Positions 1 through 11,470 of a DNA stretch of 64,000 nucleotides are shown one piece after another. The stretch comes from Mobula hypostoma (Eukaryota). Position 1 is the stretch's first letter; each line of letters begins with the position of its first letter. The DNA lies in assembly GCF_963921235.1 (NCBI RefSeq), contig NC_086097.1, positions 53,260,001 through 53,324,000 on the forward strand. Direction: 5' to 3'. The notes beneath the pieces are model-generated. The model was not told where the DNA came from. It saw nothing but the letters and a program-made list of their open reading frames with translations, and searched no databases. The position numbers were made by a program, and so were the translations under genes.

Positions 1-1720
1 CCGTAGTTCAGTCCCTCCTCACCTACATCCGCGATACATCCCATGCCCTCCAGCTCTTCAATAACTTCCAGTTCCCCGGTCCCAACCGCTTCATTTTTAC
101 TATGGATGTCCAATTCTTATACACCTCCGCTCCCCATCAAGAAGGCCTCAAAGCCCTCCGCTACTTCCTGGATAATGGACCTCACCAGTTCCCCACCACC
201 ACTACCCTCCTCCGGTTGGCGGAACTGGTTCTCACACTTAATAACTTCTTGTTTGGCTCTTCCCACTTTCTTCAGAATAAGGGTGTAGCTATGGGAACTC
301 GCATGGGACCCAGCTACGCCTGCCTCTTCGTTGGTTATGTGGAACAGTCTGTGCTCCAAACCTATTCTGGTACTGCTCCCCAACTTTTCCTTCGATACAT
401 TGACGACTACATTGGTGCTGCTTCCTGCACCCATGCTGAGCTCGTCAATTTCATCGACTTTACTTCAAACTTCCACCCAGCCCTCAAATTCACTTGGTCT
501 ATCTCTGACACTTCTCTCCCCTTTCTCGATGTCTCGGTCTCCATCTCTGGAGACAGACTGTCCACTGACATCTTCTACAAGCCCATTGACTCTCATAACT
601 ACCTCGACTATACCTCTTCCCACCCCGCCACATGCAAAAATGCCACTCCCTATTCCCAGTTCCTCCGTCTCCGCCGCATCTGCTCCGAGGATGAGGTTTT
701 CCGTTCCAGGACATCTCAAATGTCTTCTTTGTTCAAGGATCGTGGTTTCCCTTCTGCTGTCATCAATGATGCCCTCACCCGCATCTCCTCCATTTCCCGC
801 ACTTCGGCTCTCACCCCATCCTCCCGCCACCACAACAGGGACAGAGTTCCCCCTGTCCTCACCTACCATCCCACCAGCCTCCAGATCCAGCACATTATCC
901 TCCGCAACTTTCAACAGGACCCCACCACTAAGCACATCTTTCCCTCTCCACCCCTCTCTGCTTTCCACAGGGATCCATCCCTCCGCGACTCACTTATCCG
1001 CACGTCCATCCCTATGGATCTCCCACCCGGCACTTATCCCTGTAAGCGTAAGTGCTACACCTGTCCCTACACCTCGTCTCTTGCCACCATTCAGGGCCCC
1101 AAACAGTCCTTCCAGTGAGGCAACACTTCACTTGTGAATCTTTTGGGGTCATCTATTGCATCCCGTGCGGCCTCCTCTACATCGGTGAAACCTGACGCAG
1201 ATTGGGGGACCGCTTCATCGAGCACCTCCACTCCGTCCGCCAAAACAGACAGGATCTCCCGGTAGCCACCCACTTCAACTCTGCTTCCCATTCCCATTCA
1301 GATATGTCCATACATGGCCTCCTCTACTGCCATGATGAGGCTAAACTCAGGTAGGAGCAGCAACACCTCATATACCATCTAGGTAGTCTCCAGCCCCTTG
1401 GTATGAACATAGAATTCTCCAACTTCCGGTAATTCCCTCCCCCTCCCTTCCTCTATCCCTATTTCACATCACCTCCCTCATAGTTCCGCCTCCTTGCACT
1501 ACTTTCGCATTGTTCTCCTGCCAATCACCTCCCTGCTTCCCCTCCTCCACCCCTTTGTCTTTCAAATTACTGTTTTTTTTCCCCAACTACCAGCATTCTT
1601 CAAACCCTCCCCAAAGTTCTTCCTTCAGTCCTGACGACGGGTTTCGGCCCGAAACGTCGACTAATCTTTTCAACTGATGCTGACTGACCTGCTGAGTTCC
1701 TCCAGAGCATTGTGAATGTT
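1..1720 (+). mobile_element. Penelope-like retroelement (RT + GIY-YIG endonuclease remnant + 3' UTR), cut by the window edge
   Basis: ORF 102-1118 has PLE RT motifs MDVxxLYT, GVAMGTRMGPSYACLF, LRYIDD, LPFLDV, YLDYTSSHP. It is followed by a disrupted GIY-YIG segment (GVIYCI..CGLLYIGET*RRLGDRFIEH), a pyrimidine-rich UTR and a hammerhead. Confidence 0.92.
1627..1662 (+). ncRNA. Minimal type I hammerhead ribozyme (PLE-associated), core intact
   Basis: AGTC CTGACGA C GGG tttcgg CCC GAAACGTC GACT: stem I AGTC/GACT, CUGANGA core, stem II GGG/CCC, GAAA, GUC cleavage triplet. Confidence 0.85.
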
Positions 1721-2086
1721 TTATTCATTTCTGTAGAGCATCCCACCACCCCCCCGCCCTGACTGCACCCACATCAGACCTGGACAGGAGCCTATACACA
1801 AACACATTTTTACTTCTGCGCTTCAGGTTCTTAAGGATCTATTGTTGCCTTCTAATCACTATTAATTTTGACCTTGCAACAGAAGTTATAGACTGCAGAA
1901 CAGGGCCTTTTGAGATACATCCATAGAGCCAAATGAACACAATTTTATGAATGTATCATTCTATGACACTGAGATTACAATCCTGAGAGGTTATTTAATA
2001 ACAGAGCACAGTTAGTGTGCTGTAGAGAAGTGGGAACCAGATCTGTAGTCTTTGTACTGATTTTCATTGCAAGTATCTGCCGTCAC

Positions 2087-2860
2087 AATAAAGTGGCCAC
2101 TTTATTAGGTACAGGACATACCTAATATGTCCTGTACCACATAAAGTGGCTATTGAGTGTATGTTCGTGGTCTTCTGCAGCCCATCCACTTCAAGGTTTG
2201 ACGTGTTGTGTGTTCACAGATGCTCTTCCGCACACCAGTGTTGTAATGTGTGGTTATTTGAGTTAGGTGCCTTCTTGTCTTCTTCAACCAGTTTGGCCAT
2301 TCTTTCCTGGCCTCTCTGATTAACAAAGCATTTTCACTCACAGAACTGCTGTTCATTGATTGTGTTTTTTTAAAAAATAAACTCTGGAGAATGTTATGTG
2401 TGAAAATCCCAGGCGATCAGCAGTCTGAGATATTCAGACCACCCTGTCCGGCACCAACAATTATTCCACGGTCAAAGTCGCTTAGATCACATTTCTACAC
2501 CATATTGATAAATGGCCAAACCAGTCCTTTAACTTTTCCACCTAGCACTTCCCAGTTTCTTACTTTGTCCTGTTCCCCCCACCCAGCTTCACCCATCATC
2601 TTCTAGCTTGCTGTTCTTCTTCTCCACCCACCTTCTTATACTGGCATCTTGCCCCTTTCTTTCCAGTCCTGATGAAGCGTCTCAGCCCAAAATGTGACTG
2701 TTTATTCATTTTCATAGATGCTACCTGACCTGCTGAGTTCCTCCTACATTTTGTGTGCATTGACCTGAACCTCTTGACCATGTCTGCATGCTCTTACACA
2801 TTAAGTTACTACTACATTGAGTTGCTGATTGGCTGTTTAGACATTTGTATTAATGAGCAT
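2087..2860 (-). mobile_element. Tc1/mariner deletion derivative, interrupted by a PLE tail
   Basis: Minus ORF 2150-2356 TQITTHYNTGVRKSICEHTTRQTLKWMG..RRP resembles the Tc1 transposase HTH region. TIR-like gtggccactttattaggtaca inverted repeats lie at 2087-2150. Confidence 0.7.
2540..2770 (+). mobile_element. Old PLE 3' tail with degenerate hammerhead (2664-2700)
   Basis: cagtc ctgatga agcg tctcag ccc aaaatgt gactg ... gatgctacctgacctgctgagttcctcc, homologous to 1625-1715. Confidence 0.75.
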
Positions 2861-3879
2861 ATCTGATGCAAGCAACATTTCAGAAAACCCCCCCATCCAC
2901 TCCAGTAAGTGCAAAAAGTTTCTCTTAAAGGACTATTAGATGAGGACATTTGTAGCATGTGAATATCCTGAAGGCTGGACAACTGCTGTATTGTAGGAAT
3001 ATGCAGTGGGATACCACTGGGTTCAAATGACCACTGGTGCTAAGTTGTAAAGCTAAAGTGATTTAAATTCAAGAATCGTATACCGAACAGTTAAATTGAC
3101 AATATATTTAAATGAGATTGAGAGATGAAATATATTACAAATACATGCGCAAGTTGTACTCAAAAGGAAATGGACTGAAGTACTGAAAGACAAATCATAT
3201 TGTTACTGGCGCATATTTTTTATTGGGAGCACCAAAATGCCTTGGTCCTAATGATAAGAACAAGTTCTTAAGACTTATTTAACTAACTTAAAACCAGGCA
3301 CAAGTTTAAAAAGTAAAATGGAATAGCTATGATTTAAGTGAACAGCACAACAGATTTGTACTCTGATGAGCTTCCTGCGTTCTGTTGAGTTTTTAAAACA
3401 AATAACATTACGAGCACTGAAAAGTTTGAAGATACAGAGAATGGCAGATGCTGAGTCTAGAATAGAAACAGAAATCTGGAAAAAAGTAAGAAGTTACATT
3501 TGAGAGGGAGCTGGGAAGATTGCCAGTATATAGCAGTACATGGGGTGGGATTAGGACAGAGACTGGTAGCTGATATGTGTAGATTTAGGTTGAGTGAAAA
3601 ATCAAATGTAATTGAACCTTAGGTAAAGTAACCCTGAGAATCTACTCTTCCACAAGGTTAGCTAACGTATCAAAAGTTAGTAAGCACTCACAATAAAGGA
3701 AATACTGAGGGGAAAATATTTCCTGCTGCAAAACACTTCATTAGAGAATTACACAAAATTTGGGATTCATTTACAGACATCCTTCAGACAATTTATGAAG
3801 CCACTTATTTTACTTCCTTTATTACTGTTTTTCTTCGTTCAAATATGCTTCAGCTACTATTGGACCCTGTGATTTACTG

Positions 3880-4612
3880 TTTGATGGTGTTTTTTTGGGT
3901 CAAGTGAGCAGTCTGGCGCTTTGCAGTCTCTGAGGGTGTTTGATAAGGTTTTGAGCGGAGTGTGCAGCCTGGAGACAGGGCGCGAGCCCATGATCAACTC
4001 CATTTCTCCCCAATGTAAATGTTGAGGAAAATTGAAATCAGTGAGGTCAAGAGCAGGTGGTGAACCGGTGTTCAGCGCTGACTGCCTGTGAGTGGTATCT
4101 ATATCTATCTCACTCTCACACTCACTCACTCACTCACACACACACACTTGCTGCTTCTGGAGGAAGGTGCCTGCATTCAATTGGTCTCTCACTCAATGCT
4201 GCTGGAGTCCATGGGTCTTGCGAAAGGTTTAATTGATGCAGTTTGTAGACAGGTGTCCATGTTATGATGTGTTTCTGGTTGTTTTCTTTTTTTTGTTGCT
4301 ATTTTGATCGGGGCAGACGGGCTCTGCGGCCTGCGTTCAAGGAACAACACAGTGCTAGATTGAACTGAAAGGAGCCAGAACTGAACATGCTTGGATTGTT
4401 TTGTTGACTTTGTGGTTTGGTCTTTTATATTGTGTTTTTGCTCTTTTTTGCCGTTCGCACAATTTTTCTTTTTTTTTGCAAGTTGGCGGTTTGTTTTTTT
4501 TCTTTGAATGGATTCCATGGTTTCTTGGTTTTGTGGCTGTCTGTGGGAAGAATCTCAGGGTTGTATATTGCATGCATACTTTGATAATAAATGTACTTTG
4601 AATCCCTTTGAA
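3880..4612 (+). mobile_element. Unclassified retroposon 3' tail (dispersed repeat), includes a (CA)/(CTCA) microsatellite
   Basis: Ends gaatctcagggttg...atactttgataataaatgtactttgaatc. Inverted homologues occur at 24145-24400 and 37843-38060. Confidence 0.55.
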
Positions 4613-4950
4613 TTAAAATTCTCTTTATCAATACAGATCTGTGACTACATCCTCAAAGCATTAGTAGGTGCAAAGGCCAGTTACTTTTAGTTCCAATGCT
4701 GCACCTGCAACTATGCTTCAAAGAACAGAAGTTAAGATACTTGTTGCTACTGCTGTTATATTCTGTGGAAAATAGCACATTCATTAAAATGCATTCTAAT
4801 AAGAACTTCGATCAACCAGCACCTTTTTCAAAGAGAAGATATCCAGTAGGATAAAAAAAATGTAGGTAGCACAAATTGGAAATTCAGCAGATTTCCTTAT
4901 CCAAATCCAAATTAACATGTTCCACATGAAATGCACAAGGCTATCAAATA

Positions 4951-5751
4951 CCATGGATTCCAGTTAATTGGGACACACCAGGCCATGTCCATTTTGGTCC
5001 AATTCAGTGGCTGCTCCAGTTAGCCAAAGTTTCATGGAAACAGTTAAAAAGATATACAAAAAAAAAGACAAACAACTGTTTAACTGTGTAACAAATTATG
5101 TAATTAAATGACATATAGAACAAATTATAATGCAACTAATATTACTACAGTACTATAAAGCTGTTTATTAGTTCCTAATAGTTATCAACGGAAGAATTAA
5201 TCCAGTGTATTTTGCTGTGTTCTCTTGATTGACTAAGTGCAGATATCTAGTGCAGACAATTGCGTCCTCTAAATCCTTCATTTTCATTGTAACATTCAAG
5301 CTGATTGTTGGTACTTTTAAAATTCTTTGTAGTTCTTAACTTCCAGTAGTGAAATCATTTCATTTACACTCCCAGCTGTTTCTGGCATCTCCGAGGCTCA
5401 ATGCTTGAAACCACAGTGAGTGAAACAGTTCTGAATTGTCTTACTGCTTATTTCTCGTCAACTATCAGTGACAAAAATCACAGATTTTTGAACACAAACA
5501 CATGCAACTAATGCTATTTAAAAAACTGTTCACTCTAAGCACGGTATAGTGTCTAACAACCACACAAGTGCACACGATTGATCTAGTTAGAAACTGTTCA
5601 TCAAGTCTCCTGTCCCAATTAAGCAGCATGGTGTCCCAAATAAATACAGGAAATTCCTGCTATTTTCTCGATTAGATTTTGTTCTTCAAGTGTTGTCCCA
5701 AATAAGCAGCTGCCCCGATTTACCAATGGCCAAATTAACCAGAATCCACTG
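4951..5751. mobile_element. Non-autonomous DNA transposon (MITE-like, probably pogo/Tc1 superfamily), copy 1
   Basis: Terminal inverted repeats c(c)atggattccagttaattgg ... caaattaaccagaatccactg, with TA on the left. Homologous copies at 23027-23840 and 26330-26831. Confidence 0.75.
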
Positions 5752-8160
5752 CATTTCCTTTTCACTAGGATGCCTTACCAGAAACAAAAAATTTCACAAC
5801 CTTAGAAGTTCCCTGTCTTTACTCTACACTAAATTTTGCATCATATGTATATATTGTCAATGACTATGCAAGTAGATAATCAACAATAAATACGTATTTT
5901 GTAAAAGCAAGGCCATACCAGATGAAAAAGCTTTTGTGCTGAAATGATTTCGCTGACCACAATCATATCTTTTCAGTCCATCAATTAGAAACTGCATCTT
6001 TATAAAAGAAATGATTGATTGTAGCTTCTTGGCTTCAAGCCCTAAATTGCCACACCCATCTGTAAAACTTGAATGAGCTTAATGGTTCATGGAAGTTTTC
6101 AAGTTGGTTTAACAGAAACTTTCAGCTCAGCTCAACATTACTCAAAATTGGAATTCAGTTTTTCTAAAAATGAATGCGATTCAGGAAATGTGGTACTTAA
6201 CCTACATACTGAGGGTCATAGATAAATTGTAATTGACAAATGCTAGCTAGTTTTGACTAAAAGCTATTATTAATGTTAAACTGTTAAAATTAGGCAATAC
6301 CCTCAAACTAATTTTCAACTGGCAGGGAGAAAAATGCTTTCAATTTGTTGCTGAGATTATGGATACTAATGCACATCTCTTTTTAAGATGCAATTTGCAA
6401 TAAAGTATTCAACATCTGGGGAAAATCAATGTAAGTATGAAGGTAAAATTGCAAGACCCCATTTTTACGCTGTAACTTCTTTGTTGGTTTTGTGAATGTT
6501 ATGAAAACAGCAATGTCATGGCTGACTTACCATGCTGCCAATGTCAGCAATAAAGCTGTCAGAGAACTACTTACTTAAACCCCCACGCAAAACGAGTTTA
6601 CTGTATCATGTGTTTTTGTCAGTGAGAAGTAACCAGAGCGTCTTTACTTAGCACTTTGGCTGCACAACTGTTACTTATTCCTTATCAACCCATACCCGAA
6701 CATCAGTAGTGTCTAATTGCTTTATGGCACAAACTGCTTCAGTTGCAAAGCTGCAGCAAACAGTACTGAGGACTATGTGATTATTAGCAATCAGACCCAT
6801 TTCCCACCTATGATGGAAGGTGGTTTATGAAAATTATCTTCTGCTCTGAAAACAATTCCAGTAAGCAGATATCTGTTGCCAGTAAAAATCAAAGGCGGTC
6901 TTTGTGTAGTGAAAGGTTGCCTGACTTCCATGAGATAAAATTTGAGATCAGTTTAGATAATCTGAATTACAAAGGCGGTCCAAAGCCTAATAAGTGATGG
7001 AATTGATCAAACACCACAAACATGCATATTGTGGGTATGCAAAGAGTAGGACAGAACTGTCTGGGCTCTCGCACAACAACTCACAAGGAGAAAGGATTTT
7101 AAATTTCAGGATTATTCTACTTGAACTAGATTTCCAATCTCAGGATCCATGGCAGCTTGGTAGATTTCGTAAGACAGTGAAAAATGTTGATATTTTGTGA
7201 AGCAAGAGGCAGTCCTAGATCATGCATGGAGAATAACTGTCTAAGGAAAATAAAGCCCAGTTTGCATAGTCTGCAATTTCTAATATACACATTACCTCAG
7301 GAACTACAGGCTGGATACTGTACTGCTAAAGAAAGATTGTTCAGTTAGGCAGTAGATCCTTAACTGCCTTAGACAGCACTGATCATTTTGTACAAAATAC
7401 CTCATGCACATAGCGATACTTTATGAAAAATTTCAAAAGGGGAACTTTAGTTAGCTTTTGGTTTCCTTTAAAAGTTCTGGTTTAACAACTTGATGCATAC
7501 AGAGCTGCAAGTGCCAGTAGTGACAATATCAGACCAGCAGGCGAACACTCAGTCAACGATGGAGTTTAACTCAATAAAAATGCCTGGGCTTAGATAAACT
7601 CAGAATATAAAGATCTTTCGATTTATGATGAGTGAAATGAAAGCTTGTAAAAATTCTGCACCTGCCGATGCCATAGCAAGGATCCAAGAGCAAAGGATTT
7701 ACTGTTTTTCATTGGTCACTGTTGTTTTGAAAATCTTCACATTAAACTTCCATTTTAAAATAAATGGATCATCATGCATTAAAATTTATTTGAAAGAATG
7801 TAAAAAGGCACAAATATAATTTAAAGCTAATTATGCTTGCCTTTCTTTTATGCTCTCAACCATAGCAAAGCTATTTGGTTTCTCTCTAATATGGACATCA
7901 ACTGAACCGCAAGAGCAAGATCTTATTTGTAATAGGCTCTCAGAATGCAAGTACTGAGCTGATCTCTTTATCTGGTGTTTCTCTGGAACTACTGTACATG
8001 AACAATGATGTATAAAACTGACTGAAAACTTTGGTACAATAGGAGGTGGCAGATGAAGCCCAGAATACACTGTGTACATCAGGAAAATTGCAACCTAGGA
8101 CGCCTCGGCTCTTAATGTTCACATCTTTTTCTCTAATAGTCGGAGAATACTGCTACAGAC

Positions 8161-8301
8161 CTGATCCTGGAGTGATTAATGGTCCCTCCAACTCCAATGC
8201 CTCATCTTCACCTTGGTCTTTTTCGTCCGTCTTCCGTTTTTTCTTTTTTGTTGGATCTTTAGGTTTTCTCAGCAGCGAGAGTTCTTCAGGATGCCTTATA
8301 T
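8161..8301 (-). CDS. FERMT2: Kindlin-2 next coding exon (F1 polybasic loop), 141 nt; not shown as such in the ORF track
   Basis: Manual translation gives (N)IRHPEELSLLRKPKDPTKKKKRKTDEKDQGEDEALELEGPLITPGS(G). Acceptor ttctaacag| and donor |gtctgt; phase 1-1, in frame with the 20930-21163 exon (F-N-I-R-H-P junction). Confidence 0.95.
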
Positions 8302-8612
8302 CTGTTAGAACAGAGAAGGAAACTTAGAAACTGACGAGACCTTCAGTCAAAAAATTAACAACAAACAGTGCTCATAAAAAGCCTACTGAGAGTGGTAATT
8401 TGTGGAATTTAAGTCCATATACATTTAAACATGCGCTGCTCGATGCCCAAAAATACGACCACTTAGCCATTAGAAGGTCAGTGACCTGTTGTTTTACTAA
8501 GATACCCAATTCAAATTATTTCCCATGGCGGAATGAACATGTCCTTCCACCCCTTCCACAGGGATTCAAAAACCATTTCATTTAGGTTATGGTGACTGTT
8601 ATACATAAAGTA

Positions 8613-9953
8613 CAGGCGCCCCCTGCTTTTCGAACGTTTGCTTTACGAAACCTCGCTGTTACGAAAGACCTACATTAGTTACCTGTTTTCGTTAACAGAA
8701 GGCATTTTCACTGTTACGCAAAAAGGCAGTGCGCGCCCTGAGCAGCTGCGCCTCCCCTGGAACTGCATTCTCGCCGGCATTGCTTAAACACGTGCCTGTG
8801 AGCAGCCGTTAGCAAGATGAGTTCTAAGGTATCGGAAAAGCCTAAAAGAGCTCGTAAAGGTGTTACATTTAGCGTAAAACTAGACATAATTAAGTGTTTC
8901 GATTGTGGTGAACGAAGTAAGGACAAAGTGAGTTTGGCTTCTGGAAGTTGACAAAGATGATGTTGAAAAGGTTTTGGCATCCCATGACCAAGAACTGATA
9001 GATGAAGAGCTGATGCAATTGGAAGAGGAAAGGATAACAACCGAAACCAAATGCAGTAGTGAACGGACCGAAAGTGAAGTCGTCCAGGAACTGAATGTGA
9101 AGCAGCTGCATGAGATTTTCGCTGCAATGATTGCAGAAAAGTACAACTTTAATTTTGAAAGGGTACGTTGGTTTAGGGCATATTTGCAAGATGGTTTGAG
9201 TGCTTACAAAGAACTGTATGATAGAAAAATGCGTGAGGCTAAGCAGTCAAGCATACTGTTCTTTTTCAAGCCTTCCACATCAGAGGCGATTGCCGATTGT
9301 GTCGTCTCTGATCTGGGCCAACATTTACGTGCCGGGCAGCACCTAATTAATTAGCTTATTTATTTCGGCTTTTTTCTTAAAGACGTGCTGGATGCGTCCC
9401 AGCTACCACTGCACGCTTCGCGGATCGGTATCGGTCGGTGGCCCAGAGGGTGGGGACCATCGTACCACCCCAACCTCCGACGACTCAGCCTAACACACCA
9501 TCATCAGTGTGCTCGGCGCTGTCTTCCCGATTCCGGTAAGTGATACTACACTGTATATACATTATTTCTACTTTATATAGGCTGTGTATTTTTGTGTAAT
9601 TTGGTATGATTTGGCAGCCTCATAGCTTAAAGGTTACTGGAGAGCGAGTTTCTGCTGAGAGCGCTTGCTTGAGATTTTCGCTACGGCGAACAGTGCGGTA
9701 ATGCTTGTAGAAAAGTATTTCTACTTTATATAGGCTGTGTATTTATCATATCGTTCATGCTTTTACTATATGTTACTGTTCTTTTAGGTTTTATGTGTTA
9801 TTTGGCATGATTTGGTAGGTTATTTTTGGGCCTGCAAACACTCACAAATTTCTCCCATATAAATAAATGGTAATTGCTTCTTCGCTTTACGACATTCAGG
9901 CTTACGAACCGTTTCATAGGAACGCTCTACCTTCGGATGGTGGGGGAAAACTG
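8613..9953 (+). mobile_element. pogo/Tigger internally deleted transposon
   Basis: TA-caggcgcccc...gggggaaaactg-TA. N-terminal MSSKVSEKPKRARKGVTFSVKLDIIK (psq HTH) is fused to the Tigger C-terminus SHDQELIDEELMQLEE...KQSSILFFFK. Confidence 0.88.
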
Positions 9954-10365
9954 TACAATTAAACGTGTGTTTAAATGAAGAAATTAGAACACTATTTGAG
10001 TGGAAGTTAAGTTAAAATGGCACAGTACTGCCAGTTGAATGATGTTTCAAGTTTAGGGGAGTCATACCATTGGCGATGAGGAGCATAACTTAATTTGTTA
10101 GTTAAAAAAAATTCTGATTAAATCTAATTAAAGCCTTAAATTACTACACTGAATCTTACAGTCCGTCTTCAAATGACCAGTGCTTAAACATCCAAAATTA
10201 TAAACATCAACTTTGGTTATATTTTTATCTCTTCAAAACATGAAGGACATCACTGCCAAAATCAGTCTTGTAATGTCCATCCCTTTAAACCCAACCACTT
10301 CCTTTGTGCTAGGCTTGACACATCAGTGGAAAGCTCATCACTTCATCACTGGAAGTAGTAACTAG

Positions 10366-11276
10366 TGTGACAAAAGTACACATAGACTAAGATGTTAACT
10401 GATCTGTGCCGGCACCAGTGGGATCAGCAGTTGGTCTGCCACCTGTCTTCAGGAGAAAGAGAGATAAGGAAAACAATGGAGCAGCATTTGGAGATGTTAA
10501 TGAAAGGACGGGAGAGTTTAACGTAAGGAGACACGGTCTGAGAGCTGTCAAGATCGGCTCCTCTTTGAACCCTGAACTGTTTGAAGTGATGGACAGGCGA
10601 TACCCCAGCAGGGGGATAAAAAGGGACAGGTTCGCTAAGGCAAGACACACACGACACCCGAGGTAACGAGACCCTGGAAGCCGTGTGTCTCCCACAAGTC
10701 GGTGGGAAGTTTTGGAAGGCTGGTCGCGGGACCAAGCCATAGACGCACAGGGTGGAAAGGCACGATCAGCGGGAACCTGGTGTGTGTCCGCCCTTGCCTG
10801 GGTGCCAGGTTCACCGCAGAGAAACGATCGAATCTGGAAACGGAGGGGTCACGGTCGGTGACCTCAGAAGACATCACAAAGGGCTTGCCTGAAAGCTGAC
10901 TGCGAAGAATATCGAAGGTCTGTGTGGAAGCTGTTTGAATATTCATTCGCTTTGCTCTCTCTCTCCTTCCCCCACACTGTCCATCTCCCACGGCAGTGAT
11001 TACTGCGAACTGAACTGAATTCAATTGAACTGAACTTTGCGTCACTTTGAAACTGGTCATTTACCCCTAGACGACGTAGAGCTTGCTTGATCCTGTTATC
11101 TTAATTCTGTGTACATGTATGTTTATCATTGCTGAACTGTTGCATTTATTATCCTTTTGATTAGAGTACTGTGTTGTTTGTTTCTTTAATAAAACTTTCT
11201 TAGTTCTAGTAATCCAGACTCCAACTGAGTGATCCATTTCTGCTGGTTTGGCAACCCAGTTACGGGGTACGTAACA
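10366..11276 (+). mobile_element. Solo LTR (911 bp), Gypsy-like
   Basis: TGTGAC...GTAACA termini, perfect 4-bp TSD ctag (10362-10365 and 11277-11280), TATA-like ggataaaa at ~10614 and AATAAA at 11188. Confidence 0.85.
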
Positions 11277-11330
11277 CTAGCTAGATTGGATTTCTCTCTT
11301 TTTTAAAAATCATAGATGAATTTCCAACTG

Positions 11331-11470
11331 GCAAACATGAAAAAATCTGCAGATGCTGGAAATCCAAAGCAACACACATAAAATGCTGGAGGAACTCAGA
11401 AGGCCAGGCAGCATCTATGGAAATGAGTAAACAGTCGGTGTTTCAGGCTGAGACCCTTCATCGGGACTGT
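11331..11470 (-). mobile_element. Short PLE 3' end with inactivated hammerhead (11431-11470)
   Basis: Minus strand acagtc CCGATGA aggg tctcag cct GAAACACC gactgt (core U4C, GUC changed to ACC), followed by the shared tail ...ccagcatctgcagattt. Confidence 0.8.

Noticed and set aside
331..1137. Long Pro/Ser-rich and antisense ORFs overlapping PLE RT (also 57310-58063)
   Set aside because: Shadow frames caused by the C-rich strand bias of the element.
10387..11060. Cluster of ORFs on both strands
   Set aside because: They fall within a GC-rich solo LTR and show no recognisable protein motifs.
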